Source of the DNA: Anolis carolinensis
Taxonomy: Eukaryota
Direction: 5' to 3'
Assembly (NCBI RefSeq): GCF_035594765.1
Contig: NC_085841.1
Span: 236,922,689-236,986,688, forward strand
DNA: 64,000 nucleotides
In this document: piece after piece, positions 39,055 through 51,422 of the stretch
Layout: each line of letters opens with the position of its first letter
Position numbering within the stretch: position 1 is the stretch's first letter
The notes under the pieces: model-generated
What the model was told of the DNA's origin: nothing
What the model saw: only the letters and a program-made list of their open reading frames with translations
Database searches by the model: none
Translations under genes and position numbers: made by a program

Positions 39055-39680
39055 GCAAAGAGCTACTGGAAGGGGATTCATGAATTGATTCAAAAGATTT
39101 TTAAAATGGAAATAGAATTAAAACCAGAATATTTTCTGCTTGGGATATTAGACATAAACATAAATTAAAATAAAGATAGACTCTTTAATTACTTGACTAC
39201 GGCAGCAAGAATAGTGTTTGCAGGATTCTGGAGAGAGAAAGAAATTCCCTCAATACACCAATGAAGGTGAACATTTTAGATATTATTAATATGGACAAAC
39301 TTATGCAACTACTGTCAAGACATGAAGGGAAATTTAATCAAACGAATATGGATTGGCAACTATTTTATGATTTAAAAAAAAAAGTTTAAAAATATAGACC
39401 AACCCAATGAATTTTAAGAATATCCTTCCTGGGAAGATAGGAAAAAAAGGAGAAGCAAAGAGTGTAAAAAAAAAAGTTAAGAAGAAATAATGGAAACACC
39501 ATGAAGAAGATCAGAAGTCAACCCTGTCTTTCCTAAGGAACACCCCTACCCTTTCACTCACTACCATTCCCAATTAGATAACCCTTTCCCTGGGGTTTTA
39601 GACCCCAACATTTTTCTTGCCCCCATTACTACTGTTTTTATATGTTTAAAAATTTTTGAATAAAAATTATTTACAAAATT
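39055..39680 (+). mobile_element. L1 3' fragment
   Basis: YWKGIHELIQKIFK.EIELKPEYFLLG...TTAARIVFAGFWR (L1 ORF2 C-terminus), then AATAAA. Confidence 0.75.
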
Positions 39681-40702
39681 ATATTCATAAAAATCATGTC
39701 ATTCAGACGAGAGATGAATGGTAGCTCAGCCACATTTTTTATTCCTAAAAAAAAAAAAATCTATTTTAAAAGCCGACATCCTAGGGTGCATCTTGACAGG
39801 TCAGAAACAGCAGTGGGATATTCCAGGTCTGCATCACTGGAGTTGGATGTTGGCTTGACTCCCTAAGCGGGGTTGGAACTGGATTAGTGCCACTCACCGA
39901 CAATCCTTACTTTGCCTCATTGATTTGCTGTTTGTGCTACCTATGGAGCACAAAAATGGATCTGGACACTGCTTGGTGATGGGAGTGAATCAATTCTTGC
40001 TCTGGATATTAGCATTCCAGGCATCAAGCAGTGTCCAGCTTCCAAAAACAACAAATCAAAGAGCCACCAGCTGTCCCTGGTGTCAACAATTACAAGGAGG
40101 AAGAACACTGCAGCAAATTTATTTATTTTTATTTAATTATTTTCTTTTTACTCTGCTTTTCTCCTAGTATGGGAACGCAAGGTTGCATTTTGCTTTTGCC
40201 TGACTCTAATGGAAAGGGTAAAACTTCACCTTTTCTTCACCTACTGAGCCGACTGAGTGAAACTACTATTGCACTTTCAACACAGTTTGTAGCAACTGAA
40301 CTATGCTGAGAATGAAGTGGGGACGTTGTTTTTTTTAATTCTGTTGTATTTATTTCAACCATTCTTCAGTTTTGTGGATATTTTGTCCACATGAATTTCA
40401 CTTTGAAACATTACCATGTGAACATGCTGCACTTCTATGACTTATTACAAAAGAATGAAAGTCTTTAGTCTAGCCCAGAGTATATGTCTACCTTAGATTT
40501 ATCATAAGCATAATATATGTGTTTTGTGTGTGTGTGTGTGTGTTAGAAATATGCTCATTCAAACCATGGCATAAAGCAAGAGATGGTGATTCTATCTAGT
40601 GAAGATTATAAGGCAACAAAGAAGTTCCTTGTTTTTTCCATGACTGCAACTTTCATGCCACCCTGAAGTAAGCTCACTCATATTTCTAAATATTTGTAAT
40701 TA

Positions 40703-41008
40703 CAGTAGAGTCTCACTTATCCAAGCTAAATGGGCTGGCAGAAGCTTGGATAAGCGAATATCTTGGATAATAAGGAGGGATTAAGGCAAAGCCTATTAAA
40801 TATCAAATTAGGTTATGATTTTACAAATTAAGCACCAAAACATCATGTTATACAACAAATTTGACAGAAAAAGTAATTCAATACGCAGTAATGTTATGTT
40901 GCAATTACTGTATTTACGAATTTAGGACCAAAATATCACGATATATTGAAAACATTGACTACAAAAATGGCTTGGATAAGCGAGGCTTGGATAAGTGAGA
41001 CTCTACTG
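40703..41008. mobile_element. Mariner/pogo MITE, family A
   Basis: TIRs and TA TSD. Confidence 0.9.
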
Positions 41009-41304
41009 TATTACCTATTTCATTCATAACAAGGAGAGGAGATTAATCACAGGCTAAGTAATTCTGCGGGATGAATGCAAATTAATTTATTCATTCAGTC
41101 TATCAGATTAATACTTATGTTGGTAGCACTGCCAGCATTGCAAGATTAAAGCTGCACTCATTTGTGTCTCAGTGTGTGTTTGTGAGTTGTGTATAGCATT
41201 GCATTGCATTGTGTTATATGCTATCTTGCTGTATCATGGTATTTCATAAGGTTGCATACTTATATGGTCAGATTCTAAAACATAGCAGTTTCCCCTTTGA
41301 CACC

Positions 41305-41566
41305 TTTTTTTGTGTGAGGAACGATTTGAGAAACTGCAATTTGCTTCTGATGTGAGAGAATTTGCCGTCTGCAAGGAAGTTGCCCAGGGGACACCCAGAT
41401 GTTTGATGTTTTACCATCCTGAGGGAGGCTTTTCTCATGTCCCTGCATGGGGAGCTAGAGCTGACAGATGGGAGCTCACCCTGCTCCCCAGATTTGAACC
41501 GTCAGCCTGTCAGTCAGCAGTCCTGCCGGCACAAGTGTTTAACCCATTGCACCACCAGGGGCTCCA
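41305..41566 (-). mobile_element. Anolis SINE2-like SINE
   Basis: Matches the other copies; older and more diverged. Confidence 0.8.
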
Positions 41567-42699
41567 TGCCTTTTAAAGGGTAATTAAAGTGGGACAACCC
41601 AAAGTGATGCTGAATATTCTTCCATTGTATGCTCAGTCGTTTAAGTGGGCTGGCAGAAATGGATAACCAATTTCCATGAGGTAATATTCTTAAATACAGT
41701 CCTAATTTAATAGAAAATCAGCTGCCTGTAGGCTTCAGAAGCCTAGCTAGCTACCTTGGAGGGCATTTGTACGCAGGAAAAAATGCCACTTCCACCTCTC
41801 AAAAAACTCTTTATGGACAACTGATTATTTGTTTATTGGCATTGGCTTGACTTGAACTATTTGAAGGAGAAGCGCAACATAAACATGAGAGGTAACTAAT
41901 ACTGCATCTTGAGTTATCATAGAAACAAATGAAACTAAAATGTTGCTATATATTATGTTTTGTGTACTATAAAACATTGGTACACAGAGAAATATGAGAA
42001 TATATTAACATCTGTAAAATGTATCTACCATGTTAAGTTACATTTCAGTATCAAAAAAGAATGTTTTAAGAATATCTACCTTTGCTTGAGCTCCCAAATA
42101 CAGAGTAGTTTCATCCTAGCTCTTTTAACCAAAATGTTTTCTCTGAAGGAATACTTCCTTGAAACACAGTCTTCTCCAGAGAGTAAAAAGACATATCGCA
42201 CAATGCTATGAAATTATCAACAAAAGCATTTACATTTTTCAAACCCTCTTTTGAATCAAGTGCCTGCAAAAAAATTGAACCAACTATGAAAGCTGAATTT
42301 TTCAGAACAGTTAACTGAGTTGTTTGCATAGATTTTTATTAGAAGACTGGTCATTTATGCATACCATTGTGTATATACATGATTTGCTTCATAATGGGAA
42401 AAGGATACTGTGAAGTTGAGGATGTAGATGATGTGACGGGGGGAATCTTTTAGATCCCACCACTGCCACAAATTGTGATGGAGGATGAAGCCAATTGGGA
42501 AGACCAGGCCAATTGTAATGGATGATGGATGCGATGGAGATGTGGATGTGAGGCAGGGAAAATTTAAATGCTATTTCCACTGCTGAGGGGATTTTTGAGT
42601 CTTTTAATCCCTCTAGATTATATATATATATCACCTTTATATGAGGGGAAGGGTTACAGTGGGTGATCTTTATTCCAAGATCCCAGCCTCTGTCTCTGT

Positions 42700-43480
42700 A
42701 GTTAGGGATTTCTGTGTTGTGGTTCCCTTTCTGAGGTAACTATGACTATTATTTCTTCCCAATTAGGTGATTTATTAAGATAACTGCCACCAACGTGAGG
42801 CTTTTGAATTATCACCGATGAAATTTGGCTCCACAGACACAGATAAGATGAAATGAGTCAGTTGTTAACAAAGAACAACAAGTTTATTGCGTACAAAGCT
42901 TATGGTTGCAGGTTGATTGATTTACTTATGGAACTTTAGATAAACAAGTGGTTTAATAACTCTTATAACCACCACAACAGTAGTTTCTGGTGTAAATCCA
43001 CTCTCACTCTCCTACTGATGTTATAAATTGTAGCGAACTCTAACCTCAGCTGAGCTCCTTAGTGAACAATGTCCCAACTACAATAAAAACTTTTAATTTG
43101 ATCTAATACCGATCAAATCCCTGATCACTAGTCTTTCTCAACCAGAGATCTTGACTAGGCTCCCTTTAGTCTGCCTTGACTAAAGATTTTTTTGGCCAGG
43201 CCTGTCTCCTCAGCCCTTCTTGACTGAAAAGCCTCCAGCCACGCACACACACCCTCACTCACTGGCTTCTCTTTTTTAAAACTTCCCTTTTTTCCTTTTC
43301 TTGGCTCCGCCCACTTCTCCCTCTGATGAGCTAGCCAGCTTCGTCTCCTTGGTAACAGCACTACTGTGGATTGAAACAAGATGGCTTCTGTTTCAGTTAC
43401 TGTGTCAACTAACACAAATACATACTCCAACAGTCAAAATTAAACACAATAACTATGACTTCTCCACAGATACGTTACAG
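42700..43480 (-). mobile_element. Possible ERV-type solo LTR
   Basis: On the minus strand a GC box (gggcggag), a TATA-like tttaaaa and a downstream AATAAA occur in LTR order; termini and TSD unresolved. Confidence 0.35.
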
Positions 43481-43758
43481 CAGAGGAATTTTGCACAAAT
43501 TTTGGACACTTTAATAAAAAATCAAATTTTCTGTCACAAAAGGGACAAGAAATGTTATATGGGATACTGATTTCCTGACAAAATTTCTTGAATATTCTTC
43601 ATGCCCCTATTTCTAAAAGTATTCAAGTGTTTTAGATGTTTTTAAAGCTATTTTAATTATTCTACTGCTGCAATTAGTTAATATATGGCAGATTATAAAT
43701 ACTGAATAGATGAAAAAATGAATAAAATCTGGTTGCACAATGCCTCACCTAGAAGTGC

Positions 43759-44166
43759 TTTTTATCGTGTTAAAAGCAACTTGAGAACATACTGCAAGTT
43801 GCTTCTGGTGTGAGAGAATTGGCCATCTACAGAGATATTGCCCAGGGGATGCCCGAATGTGTTGCTGGGGGGCTTCTCTCATATCCCCGCAAGCTAGAGC
43901 TAACAGAAAAGAGCTCACCCCATCTAACAGATTAGAACTGGCAACCTTCAAGTCGGCAACCTAACCTTCAGGCCAACAGTCCAGCTGGCACAAGAGTTTA
44001 ACCTAGTGGTTCTCAACCTGGGGTCCCTAGATATTTTTGGCCTAAAACTCCCAGAAATCCCAGCCAATTTACTAGCTGTTAGGATTTCTGGAAGTTGAAG
44101 GCCAAAAACATCTGGGGACTCCAGGCTGAGAACCACTAGTTTAACCCATTGTGACAACATGGCTCC
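43759..44166 (-). mobile_element. Anolis SINE2-like SINE interrupted by a hAT MITE
   Basis: SINE sequence resumes exactly after the MITE TSD. Confidence 0.8.
44004..44138. mobile_element. 135-bp palindromic hAT MITE
   Basis: TIR tagtggttctcaacctgg / ccaggctgagaaccacta; perfect 8-bp TSD GTTTAACC. Confidence 0.9.
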
Positions 44167-44351
44167 TCATCTAGAAGTTCTGTGTCAGTTAAGTACCTCA
44201 CAGAGGTGGTATGTACATGCAATCCCCTCTTTTCCACCATAGAGTAAGCATGCAAAGCTCTGCTTCAGGTAGGAAGCTATGGGTATGTTGACAGAGGAAC
44301 AAATATTCTTCCATGCATATTTTTATTTTTAAATCTTCGTAGAATGAGATT

Positions 44352-44389
<38 letters not shown>
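44352..44389. repeat. (CAA)n microsatellite
   Basis: Directly visible. Confidence 0.95.
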
Positions 44390-44390
<1 letters not shown>

Positions 44391-44765
44391 TCCTAATGAT
44401 ACCAAATGAATTTCAAAAAATTGGGAGGGGCAGGGTTTTTTTAAAAAAAAGAAAGGGGTTTAACCCTCCTGCCCTCCCAATGCAGAGTTCTTTCTGAATA
44501 CTTAAATGAAAGATAATAATCTTAACTGAATACTATATATTTAAAGTGATATGTCATCCAGCCAATAATATCCTCATTTATATCAAGCAGGAAGGAAGAG
44601 GAGAAGGAAATGATATTCTATCTAAACATTAGATCAAATTTCCTGGTGGTAAGAGCTATTTGATAGAGAATACGCAGCCTCAAAGTGCGGTGGAATCTTC
44701 TTTTCCAGAGAGTTTAAAATAGAGAGTGGATTACCATCTGTCAGCCATGCTTTGATAGTGTGTTC

Positions 44766-45244
44766 TATCAGGGGATGCTGGGGAGAGGGAGATAAATTGA
44801 TCATCCACCACCCTGACTGATTTGATGAGTCAGTTCTCTGTGTGCTCACCCGAAGGACCACTTGATGCAGCAGCAAAAGTGACACCAACAAAACGACAGC
44901 TCAGTCATTGTTTTACTGCTGATCCCAGCAGGTCTAATTACTTTATTTACAAGTTATTTACAATTACTCAAAGCCATAACTCTCCGGACACATGGTGCAT
45001 CTTCTCCGCTAGCCAAGGCTGTTATCAGTACAAGCAGGCACCTCCTGCATTCCTCAGTTCAGTTCAGTTCCTGTCAGATAGTTCAAACAGAAGCCCTGAC
45101 CTATTGGTCCTGTGGGCAATCAATCAAGCTGGCTTGTGCTTAACCCATGCGCTGCTGAAATGCTCTGCCGGAAATACACAGTTGCAAACACCCAACAGCA
45201 TGACTTGATATAACAATTCACTCTAGCAACAGAACACACTAACA
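44766..45244 (-). mobile_element. Solo LTR inserted in an old CR1 3' fragment (about 44630-45310)
   Basis: 5-bp TSD TGTTC (44761-44765, 45245-45249); ends AACA; the CR1 tail is continuous across the insertion. Confidence 0.6.
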
Positions 45245-45466
45245 TGTTCCTGCAATGCAGAATGGGGTGGGTCTGGAAGACCCTTGTGATCTGTTCTAGT
45301 TCTATATTCCTACATTGTGGAAAACATGAGGTTTCTCCATGCTTGGTTTTAGAATGTGAAAAACACAGTTTTTGTTATGTAAATCAAACTAATTTCCCCA
45401 CAAATGTACTAATAAAACAAACATACTCTGACAGCAGACTAGGGAAGTAAGATATAAACGTAACAT

Positions 45467-46402
45467 TCAGTAGAACTTTTTCAGTCTAAAGGCTTTGACC
45501 AAGGCCCTTTTGACTTCCTTGTTCCTCAAACTGTAGATCATGGGGTTCAGCATGGGGGTAACAACCCCATACAACAAGGAAATGATTCTGTCCTGTTTGT
45601 GAGAATAGGATGAATTGGAACGAGCATATGTGGCTATGGTAGCCCCATAGAAGAGGCAAACTACAGTCAAGTGAGATCCACAGGTAGAAAAAGCTTTGTG
45701 CCTGCCTTCTACAGAGTGCATGCGCAAGATGGTGGAAAGGATATAGATGTACGAAATCAGAGTGATAAGAAAAGCACCACATCCTATAACGCTTGCCACA
45801 AGAAGACGAACCAGTTCAGAGACAAAGGTAGAAGAGCAGGAGAGAGCCATCACTGGCTGAAGGTCACAGTAATATTGGTTAATTTTATTCAGTCCACAGA
45901 AGGATAAAGAAAAGGTCAAAGAGGTATGAACCATGGAATTGATGAAGCCCAACAGCCAGGTCCAAGCTGTCAGCTTAGTGCAAACCTGTTTACTCATGAT
46001 GCTTGTGTAATGTAAAGGCCTACATATAGCCACGTACCGATCATAAGCCATCACTGCTAGCAAGAAAATTTCAGTACCCACTGCATCAATCAGAAAGAAT
46101 AGTTGTATCATGCAGCCCATAAACGATATTCTCTTATTCTCGGACAAGAAAATTTGGAGCATCTTTGGCACAGTGACAGTCGGGCCAAGAATATCCAGCA
46201 AAGACAAATTGCTAAGGAAAAAGTACATGGGGGTATGGAGGTGATCATCTGCCACTATTGCCAGGAGAATAGCCCCATTCCCTGCCAGGGAGATCAAGTA
46301 GATCAGCAGAATCATCACAAAGAGGGAAATTCGCACTTCTGGGAGGTCTGACAACTCAGTCAGGTAGAAGTCCTCCACTGATGTGACATTATCTTTTTCC
46401 AT
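45467..46402 (-). CDS. Intact class II olfactory receptor, 311 aa (OR12D/OR5V1-like)
   Basis: Uninterrupted ORF with N-glycosylation site [52 protein letters not shown]; acceptor ttttAG ending at 46436 on the minus strand. Confidence 0.96.
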   Translation of the reverse strand: MEKDNVTSVEDFYLTELSDLPEVRISLFVMILLIYLISLAGNGAILLAIVADDHLHTPMYFFLSNLSLLDILGPTVTVPKMLQIFLSENKRISFMGCMIQLFFLIDAVGTEIFLLAVMAYDRYVAICRPLHYTSIMSKQVCTKLTAWTWLLGFINSMVHTSLTFSLSFCGLNKINQYYCDLQPVMALSCSSTFVSELVRLLVASVIGCGAFLITLISYIYILSTILRMHSVEGRHKAFSTCGSHLTVVCLFYGATIATYARSNSSYSHKQDRIISLLYGVVTPMLNPMIYSLRNKEVKRALVKAFRLKKFY

Positions 46403-46620
46403 CTTCTACCCTAACAAATTGATTGCCAAGAATACCTAAAACACAGAAAGAAGAAAGTGGGTTTGGTGAAAGTAAGCATATCAGCCAATAACAATTTATG
46501 ATTAATTAATAATCTGATATTTCTTGCCATAGAACATTGTCCATTCTGGATGTCCTAGATATAACCAGCCAACACATCTATCTATCCCATAGGTCGTGGA
46601 ATGCTGGGAAAGAATGTTGG

Positions 46621-46913
46621 GCCCGGGCTGTGGCTCAGGCTGGTTAACAGCCAGCTGCAACAAATCACTCTGACCAAGAGGCCATGAGTTCGAGGCCAGC
46701 CCTTGCCTGCGTCTGTCTCTGTTCTATGTTATGGCATTGAATGTTTGCTTTATATGTGTGCAATGTTAAATTACCTCTGTGTCTTCATCTCTGCCTCTGT
46801 CTGTATGTCTAATGGCATTGAATGTTTGACATGTATATGTACATTGTGATCCGCCCTGCGTCCCCTTCGGGGTGAGAAGGGCGGAATATAAATACTGTAA
46901 ATAAATAAATAAA
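46621..46913 (+). mobile_element. tRNA-headed SINE with L2-like tail
   Basis: Homologous to the 10633 copy, with an internal duplication of atggcattgaatgtttg. Confidence 0.8.
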
Positions 46914-47055
46914 GAGAACAAAAGAAGGTCAGGATACTAAATGTTATGGAACCAGAGTTTTTGGGCTATTTGGATATAGCTCCACCACACAGTAAATACA
47001 TGTAAATCATCAATAAAGATTACTTTTGAGATTATATGTGACATAGTTCACTATG

Positions 47056-47620
47056 TCTTACTTAGGTGATCCCTCATAGGTCGAGGATGATGGTCTTCCA
47101 TTTCTGGTGTCTTAGGGGTGTGTCCGTAGGTGGCTGAAGAGACCTATTCTTGACCCACATGTTCTCCCGCAGTGAGGACATTGGTTTCCAGGTGGAAGGC
47201 GGTCCCGGTCAGGGTTGGCTTGATGCTCCTTCCTCTTGGCACGTTTCTCCCTTAAGCCCTCCATTTGCGCCTTTTCAAACTCCGCAGCACTGCTGGTCAC
47301 AGCTGACCTCCAATTAGAGCGCTCAAGGGCCAGGGCATCCCAGTTCTCAGTGTCTATGCCACAGTTTTTAAGGTTGGCTTTAAGACCATCTTTAAATCTC
47401 TTTTCCTGCCCACCAACATTATGTTTCCCGTTCTTGAGTTGGGAGTAGAGTAACTGCTTTGGGAGACGGTGATCGGGCATTCGGACAACGTGGCCAGTCC
47501 AGCAGAGTCGATGGTGTAGGGACATGGCTTCAATGCTGGTGGTCTTTGCTTTTCCAGCACGCTGACATTTGTCCGCCTCTCTTCCCAAGAGATTTGCAGG
47601 ATTTTTCTGAGGCAATTATA
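47056..47620 (-). mobile_element. RTE-clade LINE 3' fragment
   Basis: WTGHVVRMPDHRLPKQLLYSQL...CPHCGRTCGSRIGLFSHLRTH; (TAAG)n tail. Confidence 0.9.
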
Positions 47621-47924
47621 GTTCACATAATAAACTCTACTTGATCACTCCCTAGTTCCAGAATGAAATGCTAATTAGAAGGGTAGCTTTGTCCTTTGCT
47701 TATCATTGCACATCAACCCTGGTACAGCTGTTGCTCTGGATTTTTTTTTCCCTTGCCCAACAGAGCAGATATAGAATATATCATTTATTTTAGATTTGTA
47801 AAATCCATCTTTTGTTGCTCTGAATGGCAAGCACACTTGAGATCCTATAATACCCCAAATTGGCCAGTTTTGTTTTTATCTTTTTAATTTTAATTTCTAA
47901 TTCATTGGGATACCAAGATACCAT

Positions 47925-48470
47925 AGAAATAACATAGGGATACTGGAAAGCCATTGTCCTTGCAGCTCTTTGGTATGCCTGCAAAACATGGGCCATCTAC
48001 AAATGTCATTCTTGACTTCTAGAAAAAATCCATTCAAAAAAATCCTGAAAATCTCTGGGGAATACAGGTGGAAAAACCAACATTGAAAAAAAATGATTCT
48101 GTACCATCAACTTAACCACACTGTCCACATTGTCCAAATATCCAATTACCATCTCCTAAAGCAGTTACTTTATTCTCAGTTTAAGAACAGAAAATGGAAT
48201 GTCTATGGACAACAAGAGAGATTGAAAAATGGACATAAATCTGACTTAAAGCACAGAATACTGGGAAGCCCTGGCTCTCAAGCATCCTAACTGAAGGTCA
48301 TATGTTGCCAACAATGGTATGGATTCTGAAGAGGCATGAATGGGATGAAAGGGAGAAATGTGCCAAGGGGAAGGCACATCAAGCAAACCCTTGTTATGAC
48401 CACCTTCCATCTGGAAATACATGCCCTCAATGGGAAAGACCATGTGGATCTAGAATAGGAACTCTATCCC
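47925..48470 (+). mobile_element. Older RTE-clade LINE 3' fragment
   Basis: HLLKQLLYSQFKN and CPQWERPCGSRIG; inverted relative to the 47056 copy. Confidence 0.75.
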
Positions 48471-48524
48471 ATGGGCAGGAGGAAAGTGGTGGACAATGTC
48501 CTTAAGAATGGGTACCCAACTTAC

Positions 48525-48607
48525 TCCAGCAATTTTCCCAGTCTTCTTCCTGCTTTCCTCAGTTTCCCATGGCTTTCTTCAATCATGAGTTGGGGAACAC
48601 CCAATGC
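48525..48607 (-). other. Candidate 5'-UTR exon of OR 45467-46402
   Basis: Acceptor tttgcttattttcAG and donor GGA|GTAAGT on the minus strand, 2.1 kb upstream of the coding exon. Confidence 0.4.
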
Positions 48608-48799
48608 CTGAAAATAAGCAAACTTATTCTTAAGGTAAAGAGATGAGACTATAAGATATAGAAAAGTAAAACTGAAAAGGGGTTTGATGTGGAAAACCAG
48701 CTTTTCTCTTTCTCTCCTAAGCTCAGGACAATGATCCATTCTGGTTAACCCACCGACTTTGACCCGATATACAGTATACGGCATAGTATCATCTTTCCT

Positions 48800-49021
48800 G
48801 ATTATGGACCATGTTTAATCTATGGGATTATTGATCCTCACCCCCCGATTGGAACCTGTTGTGATTATCATTGATTGCTATTTTAATGTAACATTTTATT
48901 TTGTGTAATAATCTGTTTTTATATTGTTATGTATTGTATGTATTATGTATTGTATGCTGTGTATTACTGTTGTAAACTGCCCTGAGTCCCTTCTGGGAGA
49001 TAGGGCGGTATATAAATAAAG

Positions 49022-49071
<50 letters not shown>
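48800..49071 (+). mobile_element. L2 3' tail with (TTA)n
   Basis: tgtaaactgccctgagtcccttctgggagatagggcggtatataaataaa followed by (TTA)n. Confidence 0.7.
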
Positions 49072-49072
<1 letters not shown>

Positions 49073-49212
49073 TGTCCAATTACTTTGCAAGAAACAAACT
49101 GGCACCCACCTTTGAGAAGCTCGTGTTTCATTTTTTGCCTTTACAGTGCCCACCCAAAGTATACATAACTGACCTTTCTGATTCCATCCTTTCACAATTC
49201 ATCTATCAAGTA

Positions 49213-49535
49213 CAGTAGAGTCTCACTTATCCAAGCTAAACGGGCCGGCAGAAGCTTGGATAAGCGAATATCTTGGATTATAAGGACTGATCAAGGAAAA
49301 GGTTATGATTTTACAAATTAGGTTATGATTTTACAAATTAAGCACCAAAACTTCATGTTATACAACAAATTTAACAGAAAAAGTAGTTCAGTACGCAGTA
49401 ATGTTATGTTGTAATTACTGTATTTACGAATTTAGCACCAAAATATCACGATATATTGGAAACATTGACTACAAAAATGGCTTGGATTATCCAGAGGCTT
49501 GGATAATCGAGGCTTGGATAAGTGAGACTCTACTG
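49213..49535. mobile_element. Mariner/pogo MITE, family A
   Basis: TIRs and TA TSD; internal 20-bp tandem duplication. Confidence 0.9.
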
Positions 49536-51422
49536 TATTATTATTCATGTCAGTGTTATAAGTTTGAAAGAAAGTCTAGCTTTTGAAGGAAAGTCTTGCT
49601 AAAGTCTGTTGTGCAAAGCATCCTGCAAAGATTGCACAGAAAGTAATAGACCCATCAGAGACGAAGAGATGAAACAAAGCAGTGTAAAACAATACAATAA
49701 ATAGTATTTTAATTTCCATTGAATCTGTTGTTGTTTATGACTTGCTTGACATAGCAATAGTAAGAATTTTTAATAGAAATCCAGAAGCTCCATTTATGAG
49801 GATAGTTTGGATTTTTCAAATGCAATGAGGTGGGTAGGAAAGAGCTGTCTACATTATTACCACCTTCTCTCTAAATCTCATGTCCTCCCACCTTATTGCT
49901 CCTGCTATCGACCACCACTACCACCCACCTTCATGAAGTAAATTGCAAGGTGAGGCAAGGAAGAGAAGCAAATACAGCTGTTAAGAAAGAAGGCGACAAT
50001 ATATGAAAGCAAATGGTGGTGGTCCCTAATTTGCCCTTAAAGGAGAACCCTTTAAAAACGGAAGAGAGGAAAAACCCTTATGAATTTATTACATTGTTTG
50101 TCAGATTTCTTTCAATGGTCAGCATTATTAACAGAACTCCATTAGCAATTATAGGGAAAATCATTGGTCACATACTATAAATCAAACCAATAATCATTGC
50201 TACATTGCTGATTTAGATACATTTCTTTTGCCATTACTAGTAGCATGGAATTAGAAACAAGTGGAAATCACCACTAATGATGAAGCAACCAACAGCAATT
50301 TGCTTTAAATATTAAACGTTATGAAGTGTAAAATGCCCATACTTTATGAATCACAATTTTTCACTTAACACCAAACGATACCACAATGTGCAAGCAAAAT
50401 ACAAAATGCATGCCACAAAAAAAGATAATTGGCTTGTCTAAATGTCATCCCTTCAAACAATATCTTCAGAAGGATGGAATTACATTATCATCCAGTAAAA
50501 CATGAACTACTGAGGTTACACATGTTAAAGCAATTATCTGTCACTGTCACCATTTTGAAGACAAAGTTACATGGATTTAAAATCTAGTAACAACAACAAT
50601 ATATAACAAACTTACTATTTCAGAAAAAACAATGCTGACATTATTTATGGATGCATTTAAGCCTTTCAATTTTTCAGACAAGGGACTTAAAATTAAGTAA
50701 TATTTTGTCCAAAATCATCAGCTGATTTGTGGAAGAGTTTGGATGATATGAATACCATCATTCACTTAATCACAGATTCACTTAATCACAGATCATAAAT
50801 CAAAATGCACACTATCCAAACCCTCCAAGAATTCATTTGTTGATCTTGTACCACTCACAGAATAAACACATATCATATTGTGACTGAAGAAAGGTACTAC
50901 AAACCAAAGAAGTTCAATTTCCTTAAGACTGCTGTTCAATAAACTGTACCAATTCATCCTTTTCGTTTCCCTTGTAGCCTGTACCAATGTAATGTGAAGG
51001 ATTTATGTGGACAGGACCAAGCAAAATATTGCCACTGCTTAGATTTATGTTTTCTTTCTTGTGCCTTCTTTGGCCATTGGGGTTTGGGATGGCATGAAGC
51101 AGGAAAAAAGTCATTTGGGGATTAACATCTCTAAGGAAGCTTGTGGTTCCTCCTTTGAATTCTCAGCAGTGCTAAAGGACATGTTACCAGAAAATGTTCT
51201 GAATATAGCATCACCATCCAAAATAAGTTGGAGTTTGGGGTAAATAAAATTTTCAGTTCAATTCATTTTGGCAAGAAGCTGAGCACATAGTCAGCTGAAT
51301 GAACTTTTTCATTATAGAGAAGGGGTTCTCAAATGTTTTCAGCCACTGAGCCCGTTTGGAAGCAACAATTCCTTGTGAAGCCCTAATAAATGTTTATATA
51401 TTATGTATTATATTATATATAA

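Noticed and set aside
46080-46100. TM3 Asp as the aminergic/TAAR D3.32 amine anchor
   Set aside because: Counting from DRY places it at 3.34, and the protein has OR rather than TAAR motifs.
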